This document shows positions 45,601 through 59,310 of a DNA stretch of 64,000 bases, in pieces. Each line of letters starts with the position of its first letter. The first letter of the stretch is position 1. The stretch covers positions 434,001-498,000 of the forward strand of contig JBEUKZ010000010.1 of the NCBI GenBank assembly GCA_048128005.1. Reading direction: 5' to 3'. Both the position numbers and the translations under genes were made by a program. The notes under the pieces are model-generated. The model had not been told where the DNA came from. It made no database searches and worked only from the letters and a program-made list of their open reading frames with translations. Source of the stretch: Veleropilina oligotropha (lineage: Eukaryota).

Positions 45601-48600
45601 CAGGACAAGCCATGGCAGCAAACGCAGGGAATCAACAGGACAAGCCATGGCAGCAAACACAGGGAATCAACAGACCGCATTGTGATGTCAGTTTGGTGTG
45701 AAGCGATGATTAATTTTCCTTTTTTTAACCCCATCCAGGGACATACCAAATGAAAACAGCTCACCCACATCAGTCACACAGCCAAAGATTCAAACCCACT
45801 TCATGTTCATCAGAGCAGCCAGGAGAGTGAAATGGAAGCCATCCTCTTAAAGTGACTATTGCCCGTAATTTAGTGAATGTGTAGCATGACTGAACAGCCT
45901 CTATCGTGCAAAATGAATCGAACGCACGTTTTGCACAGGTTGATACAAATTTTGCGAAGATATGATCGATATATGATCAAATGATAGATTTTTATTGAAA
46001 TTATTGTTGCAACAGGGAAATATATATTATTGTCAAATAGAGAAGGAGGAATGATGCTTAATGTCCTGTATATTTACAACATCGAGGTTCAAGGCAGGAC
46101 ATGTCCGTGTTATCGCGGGAGGAAACCCCGGTCGCCCGGGTAAACCCGCCCTCTTCAGCCAGTCACGGACAATTGTGATTCATAACTTGAACAAATTTCA
46201 ATGCCTCAGCCAGGTATTGAACCCACTACTGTTCGCATTAGCGGAATCAAGCCAGTGAAGTTAGAATGGACACTATACCCACTGCGCTGCCAAAGCGGCC
46301 CTTGTCAAATAGAAAGCTATCTTACTTGACGAGCAGAAACCTACGCAACTTTGCCCCAACTAGGTCAATTGGAAATGTCACTCGGTGAGAGGTAATTAAA
46401 AGCTGACCGCTTTAAAATTATTTTTAAATCTTCATTAGCGATTTATTTAAACGGTAGGAAATTCCTAACAAAAATTAAGTGTTGAAAATTCCTAACTTTT
46501 TATGTTATAAACAAAAAGTGTAATGCAGTTAGTTTTCTTTTAAAGAAAAAAGCGCATTTACCGGCAATAGTCTATTTAACCATACACCACCTGTAGGGCC
46601 TTGCAAGGGTCAGTAGTTTTCGACCTGTGTTGAGTTAATTTTCTCAGAATGACAGATTGGGGGCAGATGTTGTTTGCTGTTTATATGAAATTCAACTTTC
46701 TTGTTATGAAATTAATTCAAAACCTGGTCCTCTTTTTATAATTTGTGCCTGTTTATTTTGGGATGCTTCATGAACACTATACCTGTCAATTTGTAGATTT
46801 TGGATAAGTTAACGTACAATGCATATGTGCTGCCAACCATTTAAAACTAGACGCTCAGTCACTAGTGACCACATATGTATCCCCCGGTAATGACCTGTCT
46901 AGAGCGATCACAAGGAATTATGCTTAAAAATCCAAGATGGAGGCCACAGCGGCCATCTTGGAGGCCGGACCACACCCAAATCTATAGCCATTTTGTTCGT
47001 TTTTTTCGAATTTTTTTATTTTCCTAATTTAAAATATCTAAGCTCTAGCATCAATATTAACCGAGTTGGCCATTTCCTGGCAGGCATATGTCGTTTTCCT
47101 TAATTAGGTCATTTCCTGCAATGTAGGGCAACTGAGGTCAAAGGCCAAGGTCACATGTGAAAGATCAACCATGACTTCCCATTATAAGAAAGCGTCCACG
47201 CTGCATCCTTTTTGATATATTTCCACTTGAAACAAATGCTGGCCGCCGAAGCGCTTCCTGCTTTTCAATTTTATCTGGCATAATTGGTAAATGTCGACAA
47301 CATACGTCAATAGGAGTTCACTTTATCCACTATCGGCACACATATCCATTTTTCCTTAATTAGGTCATTTAGAGCAATGTAGGTCATCTGAGGTCAAAGG
47401 TCATGGTACCATTTGAAAGCCCAACCATGATTTCCCATAGTGACCATGTGTCTACGTTGCATCTTTTTCAAGATATAGCCATTTTAAAGACCCTTAAAAT
47501 TTAAATCCAAAATGGCCGCCGGTTAAATTTAAAAATAAAACATCCATTTCATGACATTTTAGACAATTACCTCTGGTCTGCATAAATAAATCATGTCCGC
47601 TACGTTAAATATTAACAAATTTATAAAAGAAAATAGTTTTCTAATGAAATTCAAGATGGCCACCAAAATATTGGGGTCATGCGAGTCACGTGACGTGACC
47701 CAAAATATATTGGTGTCGTGTCCTCGCCACAACCAATGCACATACCAAATTTGAAAACATTCCGTAAAGAAATGGCCTGTCTAGAGCGATCATAAGGAAT
47801 TATGCTTAACATCCAAGATGGAGGCCACAGCGACCATCTTGGAGGGCGGACCACACCCAAATTCTATAGGTGTCGTGTCCTCGCCCCAACCAATGCACAT
47901 ACCAAATTTGAAAACATTCCGTTAAGAAACGGCCTGTTTAGAGCGATCACGAGGAATTATGCTTAAAATCCAAGATGGAGGCCGTGGCGGCCATCGTGGA
48001 GGTCGGACTACACCCAAATGTGTCGTGTCCTCGCCCCAACCAATGCACATACCAAATTTGAAAACATTCCGTTAAGAAATGGCTTGTCTAGTGCAATCAC
48101 GAGGAATCTCTCGGCGGACGCGGCGTAACGAACGCTAAACCATAGTATCCCCCGATACTTTCGTTTCGGGGGATACAAATAACTTATCAGTTATGAACAT
48201 TATAAATAGCTTTAACAGTCAATTCCTTTTCATGCTTTTAATGAAATTGGATGACGTACATTTGCAAAGTAATGTTATTGCTCTGTTTGCTCGATTGATT
48301 GAGAATGGCAATTACGTGCTTATTATAGAGTTCATTCATTATTCCATCGTCGTTACTGCAAGGTGTGACGGTGATTTCCGACATGTGAATAAAAGCGAAA
48401 GTGTTTATGTAATGTCGTTTAATTGATTAGGCATGTAATAATGGAGATGGTGTGTTTGATGTTAGCAATGTACCGATTGCTTAGCTGAAAATCAGCATTG
48501 CATGACAATCGTGACGTACTTTGGGCACAGACTTCTGAATAGTTCAGAGAGCATATTGATACATTAGGTTGGTGTACCAGCTAGCTAAGGCTGGTAAATC

Positions 48601-51600
48601 GATACAGCAGCTTGATGTAACAGCTATGAGAGACGTCTTGTGTCTAGAGCTAATCACAGAGAATATCTTATGAATAAATAAGTGATATCCGGGTGGCGAA
48701 GTGGGGTAAAGCGTGGCTCCAAATACACTTTTCAGAGTTATTAGTCACAGCTAGCCATAGAGGTCACAACTATCAGAAACATGGGTGATCACTTTTTTCC
48801 CATGATAATATGAACAGGACAAGAAATATATGGTATGACCCTATCACCTTCGCGAATTTGGCACCAAATAAAGCATCAGCAAATTCAATTGTGCATGGGA
48901 ATTTTTATTTTTATTCATGAACTTGAGTAAATTATTTCCATGCCAGGTTATCAGAAATGTGAATTGATGTAATTGAATTCTGAAACTCATTTTCGAAGCC
49001 TTAAGCTCTCTGGATTCGTTTTAATGCCCTTGTTAGTAACAAGTGTCAGATGCCACCACAATATAATGATGTAACGGCATGCAACCAGATCGAAAATTAG
49101 TCATAACGCAACATTAGTAGCCTTTTAGCAGTCGGCCCACGTAACTAGACTTAGCCGCTAACATCAAATGAGATCACTTATTACTCATGTTGCACATTCT
49201 TTATCGTCGAACAAAGGGCAGGTGGTCTACACAAAATACAATTCATGCAGGTAATGCCGCTGGAGTTTTAATAAACCTATCAAAACCCAACACGAGAGAA
49301 AACATCAATCAAAAATGCAATACGAAAAAGATTAATGGCCCTTGGCCGTGCAATCTTGAAAATCCATATAAAAATCTTATGAAAATAAAACAGTGAAAAA
49401 TCCATTTCAGCGATTCCGCCTCAATAGAGCAGACTGTCATATGGTGGATATTTGCTTGCATAGACGTCTAAATTCAAAAGCTGGAAATAATCATTAATGG
49501 CTGGCAGGTGAGAAATACAGGAAGTAATTTCATCACCTGAAGTAATCTCCGATCGAAGGCAGAGTCATTCATTGATCTGGCCACGAACATCGTCATCATT
49601 AAAAATAAATGAGACGTACGTCATCAATTTTGTACCATTATGATAACTTATCTGAATCAACCTGATAACGTCTATAATCAAAATGGAACCACCTATGATC
49701 GGGCTATGTAGATATGGTTTATTTTAACGAACGATTTAAAACATATCAAACACAAAAGAAGTCAATGAAAGAGTAGACTTTAGTATTATTTAGGCTTTAT
49801 TTTCCCATTTAACATCCATCCAGGGGCCACCGTAGAAATATTAGATTCTGTTAGTGAATTTCAACCCTGGTCAAAGTTAAAGTAAAAGAATCTTACAATC
49901 AAATCAACACAGAGTTAACACTGAAACCAGGACAACGAATATCACTTTTTGAAAATCACTTACTCAGCAGTTATAGAGTTAAGTCGCTAAGACAAATTAC
50001 AAACATCGTCGCGATCAAATATCGCACTTCCATCAATGACAGAAAATTGCACATCATCTGAAAACTTATTGATAATTGTGTGGCCGGCTCGTCTGCGGGA
50101 CTTTAGCTGTAAAAGATCAAGTAATTCTAGCTGTTAATCAATCCGACAATACAGAGATGGAGATTACAGTCCCGCAGCACAAACATAGATGGTTCTACAA
50201 ACAACGCTGATAAACGCCACTAACCCAAATCAAACACGCGAGATTAGCTCGTGGCCCTGGAGGTATATCCATTATCCAGACAAACCGGGATGCACCGATT
50301 AACTCTTAGAAACGGTGCATCATGGTCTCTAGACATGAGGTGTGTTGCCGGTCTATGGGTGGACTTGTTTGGGTACGCCGGTCGGCATATGCCGTATAGC
50401 CCGGTAATGTGGTCGGTATACCGATCGGGAATTTAATCGTGGAAGCGTTGGACGGTCGGGATACTCGGTATATGCCTAATCGATGTGCACGCATATAGCC
50501 CAGTCGAAGTGAGTACAACCGGGAGAAAGCCGGTAGACCTAGGTGCAACTAGGCGCACCTAAACAAGTCCGCCCTATGTCAGACCATGAATGATAGATGT
50601 GTTGACACATTACAGAATATACTAGTATTTGTACTGGACAGAACACCGGTTATGATTATCATAGTAACTATTAACATCCCCTAAATCTTAACAACAGAAC
50701 ATCAATGGAACATGACTTGATACTACGGCCCATTTAAATATTTTGTAGCAATTGCAAGTTATAATCACCAAGACATAGTCATCGATATCACCCGCAAATC
50801 GAACAAAACGTTAGATGAACAGAAGTACACACCGCAGACGGGACTTGTTTCTATATCCCCTAACAACTTTGTTGCTGCAGGAGAGAATTATAAGTATCTA
50901 TTTTGCACTGGCAGGCTAGAAAGGAAATGATGTCATCAATCCACACACGTTTTAAGGTCACAAATTAACCAGAACGTTTCTCCCAATGTCCCATGTCTGA
51001 TTCTAACGAGGCATCACTGACTCATAAACTTTACGTAATGTGGTTATCGTTGGCTAAAAATGCAATTTCTATGTACAGGCAGCCGAAATTAATTTCAATA
51101 TGTTTATCATACAAGAAATATGCGTCCCTTAGGTGTTAAAATAACATCAACATGCAGAAAACGCTTGGAGTGCTTCCAGACACGACTAGTCAATATAAGA
51201 ACACAAAAGGCATAATTGATCTAATGTGTTTCGTGGTATTCCTATGACATTTCACAAAATGTAATTACGATACCGTTTCTATAGACTCAACGTTAATAAT
51301 TAACATCACGAGGCCTATAAAATCAGTTTTCGATACATGAAATGGCATATATATATATCCATTGTATGCTTAGTTTATTGGCACAGTACATAAACCATTA
51401 AATATAAATGACTGAATATGGTTGACGATGTAATAAACTTCAGAGCTCATTTTCTAATAGCTGCATGTGTAAAAGCTGTGTTGTCAAACACTGTTATAAC
51501 AGGCAGAGACAATCGATGAATAAGTGCCCCTAAGCAGATGATCAAAAGGCTACGTTAAATTCCAATTACATTTACTAGATCTTTATATAATGAGCGAATA

Positions 51601-53872
51601 ATACACAACCATGACTAACAAAAAGGTAAATGAAGAAAAAAGTGTTTTTAATACTAATTATATAATAAACTTTATTCTAAGAGGGTAACTAATGTTCTCA
51701 TATAAGAGCTCAATACTACTAAAATTAAAACACACTAAACTAGCGAATCCTCGACCCAGCAAGTCAAGGTGATGTATCCCATCCCACGGTAACAAATATC
51801 AGTAGGCACCATGTCCTCATCATACCAAATTTGAAGCAAATCGGATTAGAACTCTTCACTACATGTAGATCGCACACAAGAAATATCTTCAAATAAAATG
51901 GCCGCCGCGACAGCCATCTTGGATCCGAAAACAAACGGAAATCGTTAGGCGGCGTGTCCTCATCATAACTAATGTGCATATCAAATTTCAATCAAATCGG
52001 AAAATAACTTTTTACTGTAGAGCGCGCAAAAGAAATCTCTTAAAATAAAATGGCCGCCATGGCGGCCATCTTGGATCTAAAAACGATGAAAATCGTTAGG
52101 TGGCGTGTCCTCATCATAACTAACATGCATAGCAAATTTGAATCAAATCGGATAATAACTTTTCATACAGCGTGCACAAGAAATCTAATCAAACAAAATG
52201 GACGCCAAGGCTTCCATCTTGAATCTGAAAACGACAAAAATATTTAGGCGGCATGTCCTCATCACAACTAAAGCGAATACCAAATATAAATCAAATCGGA
52301 TAATAACTTTTCACTGTAGTTCATGCACAAGAAATCTTGTATCCGAAACGACGAATATCTTTAGGCGGCATGTACTCAGCATAACGAACGCGCATACCAA
52401 ATATGAATCAAATCGGACAATAACTCTTCACTGTAGAGCGCACACAGTAAATCTCTCCAAACAAAATGGCCGCTACGGCGGACATCTTGGGTCCGAAAAC
52501 AACGAAAATTGTTAGGTTGCGTGTTCTCATCATAACTGACGTGCATACCCAATTTGAATCAAATCGGATTAGAACCTTTCACTGTAGAGCGCACACAATA
52601 AATCTCTGTGGCGGATGCGGATGAACGGTGCCTAAACCATACTATCCCTGAAATGTTAAATTTCGGCGATACAATTAATTGTACATATTTCAAAAGCTGC
52701 AAGCATAACATATTTCTCTTAATTAATGTCCTCGAAATATGAAGCAACAATCTTTATCTTTTTATAGACTTCATCTCATCAATGAAATGAATAATTGACG
52801 TGTTTCACGATCCGTATTTACGTCACTAATTACATGTGAAAATCAATGACAAAGTAGCTGGTGTTTGACTTCACATCAAGCAAGATGTATCCCATATCAA
52901 TCTAAATATATCACATTTGTTTTAGTAGGCACGAACAATTGAAACTTGATATTTAACAAATCGTCTAGTAATGATACACTGGTAGCCATTGTGTTGCTTC
53001 GATCCATTATTCATAGCATTTATCGATTTTTATTGGCATACGCTATTGTCCAGTCAGATTTTACTGGAGATATTATTTATACCCATATAATACTATTAAC
53101 ATATTCGCTCAAAAGCAATAATACATATACGAATTTTTTTTAGTATATGAACAATTTTGTCAAATTTATTATAAACAATTTTATCAGCGAATAATACATA
53201 ACCATGACTAACAAAGTAATGAAGCAAGTGCTCTGATAAATTATTCAGTCAATGTTCATTTACCCGGTCTGGCAAGTATATTCCTAGTAAATGGCCATGC
53301 AGTGTCATATTTATCATTGGCGGAATGTCTCCAATTGTTCTTACACAAACCCACCCTCTTCTAGCACTTGTTAACAACCATGACCAATAAATCTTTTTTG
53401 CTGGAAAATGGAAACAGTCATCTTCAAACTGTTTTCAAATTCAGTGTGTTGGATTTTGACCATGTTGTTTAGCTGCACCTTGGCTGTTGACTATATATAG
53501 ATATAATAATTTTCATGCTAAACCAAAAACTGATTTCATGCCTAAAATGACCCACCTGTGTATGTGTAGTTTATAAGAGCAGCCAATGCATCTGGATCGA
53601 CGTCTTTTAACTGAATTTCTTCTTGCGTTGCCTCGCGGACGTTGCTCGTGAACATGGCCGCGAAGTAGTCGGACGCAGAACTGAGCACTAGTCTGTGAGC
53701 GGATATGCGTTTCGATCCAGCGTTCAAAATGACGTCGCACAATTGTTTCTTTTGTCCAAAGTCTTCCATTTTGCGCATCATCCTTTCCGAGTGATTCATG
53801 GACCGATACTCGTCTCCAAACTCATCCATTCTACTGTTGTTGTAGCTGTTGTATGTATGATGTACCAGGTAC
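33559..53872 (-). CDS. KLHL5: Kelch-like protein of the KLHL1/4/5 group (BTB-BACK-Kelch); 7 clear coding exons
   Basis: BTB ([26 protein letters not shown]), BACK ([23 protein letters not shown]), linker [12 protein letters not shown], Kelch repeats ([31 protein letters not shown]) and C-terminus [11 protein letters not shown]. All intron phases are consistent. The symbol denotes a co-ortholog of KLHL1/4/5. Confidence 0.92.
34028..34298 (-). repeat. Old tandem duplication (~140-bp period) of a Kelch exon end and its donor
   Basis: 34028-34160 aligns with 34170-34298; the copy reads [17 protein letters not shown]|gtagc against the true [17 protein letters not shown]|gtaagc. Confidence 0.8.
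34248..34419 (-). CDS. KLHL5: KLHL exon, Kelch repeats
   Basis: ttgtag|G...AAG|gtaagc; YDPKTDQW...NEWSK. Confidence 0.92.
34828..35040 (-). CDS. KLHL5: KLHL exon, Kelch repeats
   Basis: tttcag|A...AG|gtacac; [21 protein letters not shown]...CAER. Confidence 0.92.
35101..35907 (-). mobile_element. Helentron-like element with ~150-bp internal tandem repeats
   Basis: Minus strand: 5' TTGTATCCCCGAAA..TTTCGGGGATA, about 5 units, then a 3' stem-loop and CTAG-TT. Confidence 0.75.
36613..37000 (-). CDS. KLHL5: KLHL exon, Kelch repeats
   Basis: tttcag|GT...AA|gtaaga; [12 protein letters not shown]...VAVLFGK. Confidence 0.92.
37280..37469 (-). CDS. KLHL5: KLHL exon, linker
   Basis: ttacag|TTT...G|gtaata; FIADHVE...GGIDCSK. 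Confidence 0.9.
38059..39353. mobile_element. Solo LTR with a 4-bp TSD
   Basis: ATAT|TGTTACA...TGTAACA|ATAT; removing it rejoins the Crypton motif GQEYEPSSL. Confidence 0.85.
38234..38477 (-). mobile_element. Short non-autonomous Helitron inside the solo LTR
   Basis: Minus strand: A|TC...CCCGGCGAAGACGGG hairpin...CTAG|T, i.e. canonical Helitron ends in an AT target. Confidence 0.75.
40848..41825 (+). mobile_element. Helentron-like element with diverged AT-rich repeats
   Basis: TTTTATTATCCCCC start, (GTCC)n microsatellite, units similar to the 166-bp unit at 4377, and 3' GGGGATCC...CTTGTT. Confidence 0.6.
42001..42311 (-). repeat. 31-bp tandem array copying the BACK exon end and donor (about 8 copies)
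   Basis: Unit on the minus strand: CTACCTCTCATGTCCCCACAG|GTGAGATAACA. Confidence 0.93.
42290..42502 (-). CDS. KLHL5: KLHL exon, BACK
   Basis: ttccag|GAA...CAG|gtgaga; ENFIQVM...KLPLMSPQ. Confidence 0.9.
43210..43946 (-). mobile_element. Helentron-like element with ~140-bp internal repeats
   Basis: AACAAG..GTCAC-GTGAC stem, ATGTATCCCC, repeated CCACACCCAAAATCT units and a GGATACAA end; same family as 46845. Confidence 0.7.
44279..44475 (-). CDS. KLHL5: KLHL exon, BTB/BACK
   Basis: ttccag|GC...ATG|gttagt; [21 protein letters not shown]...NNYVM. Confidence 0.9.
44425..44793 (-). repeat. Four tandem copies (93, 93, 90, 93 bp) of a KLHL acceptor and exon start
   Basis: Near-identical units starting at 44425, 44518, 44611 and 44701; degenerate older copy at ~44794-44903. 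Confidence 0.95.
45149..45673. repeat. 35-bp minisatellite, 15 copies
   Basis: Unit GACAAGCCATGGCAGCAAACGCAGGGAATCAACAG. Confidence 0.95.
46042..46301 (-). mobile_element. SINE, same family as 21559
   Basis: 12-bp TSD TTGTCAAATAGA (46030-46041 and 46302-46313). Confidence 0.9.
46845..48178 (-). mobile_element. Helentron-like element with an internal foreign insert (~46985-47700)
   Basis: Ends and repeat units shared with 43210-43946; right hairpin TATCCCCCGA..TCGGGGGATA. Confidence 0.7.
50300..50589. mobile_element. Possible MITE remnant
   Basis: TCATGGTCT...GGTGGACTTGTTTGGGT.CGCC versus GGCGCACCTAAACAAGTCCGCC...AGACCATGA inverted arms. Confidence 0.4.
51738..52674 (-). mobile_element. Helentron-like element with ~150-bp internal repeats
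   Basis: Same family as 35101-35907. Confidence 0.75.
53556..53872 (-). CDS. KLHL5: KLHL exon, BTB N-terminal part
   Basis: tttcag|G...ACAG|gtgggt; frame is open from the acceptor, with an in-frame ATG at 53829. Confidence 0.88.
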
Positions 53873-54558
53873 CTGAAAAGACAGAATACATAAATATGTA
53901 CTCGAAATCAACAAAACAGCCATTTTATCACAGTTCAATTCCCTTTTTCATTGCAAGGGCATTGCTTTTAGATCCCATAAACCTGATCTGATGAGCTTTA
54001 CTGTTTCAGAAGACTCAGAGCTAGGTCATATTGGGGATAAGCATAACTAAATTATCATAACACAGAAAAAAGTTCAGGATCTACAAACAAATTCAGGATC
54101 CCATATACTCCACCCGATTCAATTGGTTATGGAACACAATCTGAGTATGGCAACTGACAGTGACATATACTGGTATATAGCAAGCTGAGGATGTAGTCAG
54201 ATTTAATATGAACCTATGCAATGTTGAATTGCTTTGACGTCCAACTGAATTGTTGAACACAATTTTTTATTTAACTGATCATCAGATGTAATGAGATGTT
54301 CTTGATGTTGCTGCGAGCACTATTTTTAATGAGGGGAGATAACTGCATGACACATTTGCAAATTTTTGTGCTTTGATTTAATATGGTGATTAATCAATGA
54401 CTATGCCAACAAAGTCATGTCAGCTCGATAAATAAATTGACACTTTGAGCTATAGTGATAGAGACTTTAACAAGAATAATCTGTTGGACTTATATGTCTA
54501 GCTTTATAATCAAGCAATGTAATATGGAGGTCATAGCTTCACTGAATTCCAAGTTATT

Positions 54559-55408
54559 GCCTGTGCGTTCAGGATGAAAACTTTTTGTCAAAATCACAAA
54601 ACGTTTTGCGTTTAGCCGTTCAATTACAGAGTGCTTTCTGAAAACGTTTTGCAAACGGCGTGCAACCTTGGTAGGTTACACGCCGCGCGACCAAGATGGC
54701 GGACGATAGACCGATTGTGAATAAAGGACTGAATGTCAAATTTATTTTGCGATGCATTTGGGAGTCACAAACTATTAATCAGAGTCTTAATCGAAATAAT
54801 ATGTAAATAAGAAGAAAATAATTTAATTTAAAGTTTCTACTGATAACTTATGGGGCTTTACCACTTGTGTATATGCTGTATTCGACAAATTATATCAAGG
54901 GCAGATAACTACGCAATTCAGCGATTTGCATTGTAATGTATGAAAATATTATGTAAACAATGATAATGACCGATATGTCAAGCAGCGGCTGGTGACGCGA
55001 AAGGAAACAATTTTATATCATATGTCGCTGTTATTTATAGTTGATAGTTGTACTAACAATCGGATTTTACAAGAATTGTCCATGTTGTCATTTTGAAGTT
55101 CTATAATAATTTTATTTATTTAATCAAAATTTCGGTAATACGGGACGAAAGTGTCAATATATAGCCTTCGACTAGGATTGATGTGTCCCGTAGTGATAAA
55201 CACAGACCAGCTCTAATAGCATGGAAGTTCCCTAATTGATGGATTGGCAGGCGTAAAGGTGTTATTATTAGCACATTCGTTGATCGGCAAATCAAGTCGA
55301 TAAAGTCGCCCCTTTTGGAAAACGTTTTCTACATCAAAGAGCGTTTAACAAGCGTGCAAAGCGCTTTTGGAAAACGTTTTGCTGAAAAGTCAATCCTGAA
55401 CGCACGGC
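54559..55408. mobile_element. MITE (possibly PIF/Harbinger-like)
   Basis: TIR core GTGCGTTCAGGAT (54563-54575) / ATCCTGAACGCAC (55393-55405), with subterminal AAAACGTTTT palindromes at both ends. Confidence 0.6.
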
Positions 55409-58400
55409 TGTTGTTACATGTACTGTGCAACAATGACCAGCATATGTCAATATTGTGCGGCTAACATCTGAGCCATGATCTTGATGCATATGAAGTTTGC
55501 TGCAAGTATCTGGGATTTCATTTTGATTCAACGCTTTTTAATCAGACACACAATGTACTGTATTGGCCAGTTATGATTTAACTTGTGCTTCGTTGATGAT
55601 CATGCAATTTAATACCAACATTATAACCAAAGATATACCAATAATTAGTAACCAAACGGACTTCACAAATGACTATACCAAAACCTAATCAGATAAGTGC
55701 TGAACAATATTGATGGATATCCACGATTCGATCCAACACCAAGCAAATATTTAGACTAGCTCTCCAGCCAATCTCCTTTGAGCCTATACCGAAAACAATA
55801 TGTAAGAAATACCCCAGCATCAATGGCAAATCCTGCACGGATCTAGTTCAACTCTCTTGAGCTGCATGTAATCCTCTGACAATCAACAACATCTCCCCTC
55901 GCCTGGCCGCTAGTTCCTGGGCGCGCTGGTATTGTTAGCCATCGTCGTGTATCTCAACACAATCCTGAGTCTACTTTAACAACAATGGGGATTTTATATT
56001 GTTCAGATCATGCAGCTTCTAGGTTTGTTGGCCTTGGACAATAACTGGCGGACCCTCCTACCAGACTTGTGTGTTGCAACAAACACGGCTGAACTGACAG
56101 AGGATCAGGTCAAAGGTCGGTCCCACAGAGAGGTCAAACCAACAGGAAGCAGGCCAAGGCAAATGGCATTCTCTATGGTGGGTCAATATTTCCTGGAGAT
56201 GGCCTGAAGTGAAGCCTTCTATAAAGTCCCTCGTGACCACAGGGTATAAGTCGACATTGGTTCAAGGGTGATCCCATCAAATTGATATGCGGAACTGGGA
56301 AGCGTTTATAAAGAACAACAAATATTGAAATCTGAATTTAGAACCATAGAAATGAAATCGACATCATCAAACATTATACATTCCATTTGCAGCTAAGTGG
56401 TGAATATTCAAGTTGTGCACATTACTTTGAAGTTTTTATTACCAAATAGTATACGTTGAGACAAGAATATATGTATATCCATGTGTGCAGCATACATATA
56501 CGTATTAATTGTATCACAAAGCCTAAGTAGGTCCTGGGGTGGCTTTCATCTGACAAGTCATGGCGCGATGGACAAATGCCCTGAGTGAGATCAAAGAGCT
56601 GGTATAATTTTACCTGGCACAGATGATGAAAGCTAGCCAGATATCATCATTCCAACTGCATAGCAAGTCTGAGACAGTGAGTTCAATGTGATTAAATGAT
56701 GCTTGAATGATGTATTATTGACAATCGTTCAGGATAAATATCATGTATGGATCTGGGAATTACACTAGTATTTAGGTGTCCTTGCATTAGGTAACTGTAA
56801 TCTAAAACAATTTGTGTATGGGTCTATGGGATGAGCACATGTCCTGGTGAGTGTTCATTATATTAGAATTTAAGTAGATTACAAATATCCTTCAACATAA
56901 TCGGATCTACGATTTGAAGGTGGATCTATGCTTGATGTCCTGTTTTGTCCATATTATCGTGGTAGAAAGCCTGGCCATGTGGTAAAACATGCCCTCTCAG
57001 GACAACTATGGACAACTGTGTCTGGTAACTGAATTATGTTCTAACGGAGCATCGAACGCACTCCTGCTTGACAAAGCAGTCAAGGGAGTGAACTCATATT
57101 TCACAAGTTATTATCCACTCGGCTACTGGAATGGCCTATTGGCTCTACGAATTAACAGTTAATTAAAATTAATAAACAATTAACGAGGTATGAAATGAGA
57201 GCATATTAATTATCTTTATCTGGTTTGACTGCTTTTTTCCATGGCCAATCGTGCAACCATCAATCATATCACAATCTCATTAGATCTTTAATTTGAAAGT
57301 GGATAACAATTACAGAGGATTTATCACATAGACTATGATACATTACATTTGGATCCATTCAATTACCACGTGCACATCCTCAGCACAGTCAGACTTGACA
57401 CTTCCTATTACACGAAATTAAATGACAAATGCTATTGGAGATAGAATCTCCAATTTCATTCTATCAGGAGTCCATGTAATTGCTGAATTTATCTGCAAGA
57501 CTGACATTACATGATAGGAAACCGTAACACTCCATTACAACCAATGGGATAATGGTCTATATATAGCCTGTATGGATAAAAACACTACAGCAATTAGTTT
57601 GTACATGTATACACAACCCCATGATAAGACTGATTGCATTGTTTAATTAATGTCTACTTAATCCCCTCCGATTTGACAGATCTTTGTGATCTGACAATTT
57701 TTTAATCAGTTCGTTTTAAGAACACAATTTAATGTCTCTTTCTGATCAGGTAGTTTTTCCTATATTAAACACCTGTGAATTTTCTTCATCCATCCATTTG
57801 CTGATCAGATTTAACATTTTAAATTTGGTGATCTATGCAAATAGATATGTTCAACATAATTTGGCCAAAGCCCAACGTGATATTACATAAGTTCAACCAT
57901 ACTTGTAAGTTTTATTCCAAAATACATAATAATCACAAAATATGTATTCCAAAATACATAACAATCACAAAATAATGACGTTTATCTAGATTTTTTTATC
58001 TTGCATTTAAACATCAAAATCTATGTGAATTAGTGATAAGTCTAAGTGCTTGTTTATTATTTCAAGATAATCATGTCTATATGTTTATTTAATATAGTCA
58101 ATAGTCTGTTTGCACTGTGATAATTAATATTTCTGTGGTCGGTGGGCGATCCCTACTCATTGAACTACTGGCTATGGTGTATCAGGTATGACAGATGAGC
58201 TCTTTTCTGAATGGAACTGCGCTACCAATGACCCCTAGACCACAGCTACTTCACATAGGCTCATTAAGCAGGTGTTCTACATAGACTGAAAGGTATGTTT
58301 TTCACATATGAGCAGGCACGACTTGTTTACATCTGCTGGATAATAGAAATGTTTTATACATAGAATTTTTAAATAAATGCTGTACTGTTTCATCTGTTAG

Positions 58401-58619
58401 CTAGTTAAATAAGATTTATTCAATCCTGATAAAGTAAGAAACAAAATTTAGAATTATACATAACTTATATATATAGGTAGGTACGTCTACATGTATGTGG
58501 TTTCTTATTATAAACTGTAATAATGTCATAATATCTACACACCTGCATTGAAATCATCAAACATCTGTATATGGACACTCTTCTCCTTCTGTTGTACAAG
58601 CAATTGATTTAATGAGGCT

Positions 58620-59310
58620 TTCGCAATACCGGACACACCTTTGGGTTATGATGCATACACACATCATGTTTCGTGTTCATTGGTCAAATAATATGGGAGA
58701 TATGGACCGGAAGGGAATTTTGGACCGAATGCAGTCACTCATGAAATGGTGGCCACGGTGACCTACTTTCGGTACACATTTGGAATATGACGCATGAAGT
58801 TTTGTGTATCTAGGTCAAATAGTATGGAAGATATGGAGTGGAAGGGAATTTGGACAAAATACGGTCAAGCGTGAAAAGTCAGTGGCCTACTTTTGGTGCT
58901 GAACAAACCTTTGGGTTATGACACATCAAGTTTCATGAAGGGGAAGATAATTTTGGATCAAATGTGGTCAGGCGTGAAAAGTAGGTCGCAGTGATCCACT
59001 TTGGGTACGCGACACCTTTGGTTATGATGCATACACACAACAAGTTTCGTGTCAATCGGTCAAATAGTATGTCAGGTATGGAGCTGAAGGGAATCTTGGA
59101 CCAAATGTGGTCAAGCGTGAGAAATAGGTCGCAGTGGCCTACGTTTTGTATCGGACAAACCTTTGTGTTATGACGCATCCACACATGGAGTTTCGTGTTC
59201 CTAAGCGAAATAGTATTGGAGATATGGAGCGGAAGGGAATTTGCAACAGACCGGCTGACACACTTCTATATATGCCCCTCCCTAAACTTCGTTTGTGGAT
59301 GCATCATAAA
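58620..59310 (-). mobile_element. Helentron-like element with ~146-bp repeats
   Basis: Same unit and end as 31917-32693. Confidence 0.65.

Noticed and set aside
45044..45753. Three ~200-aa repetitive ORFs
   Set aside because: They are read-through of a 35-bp minisatellite lacking stops; no evidence of a gene.
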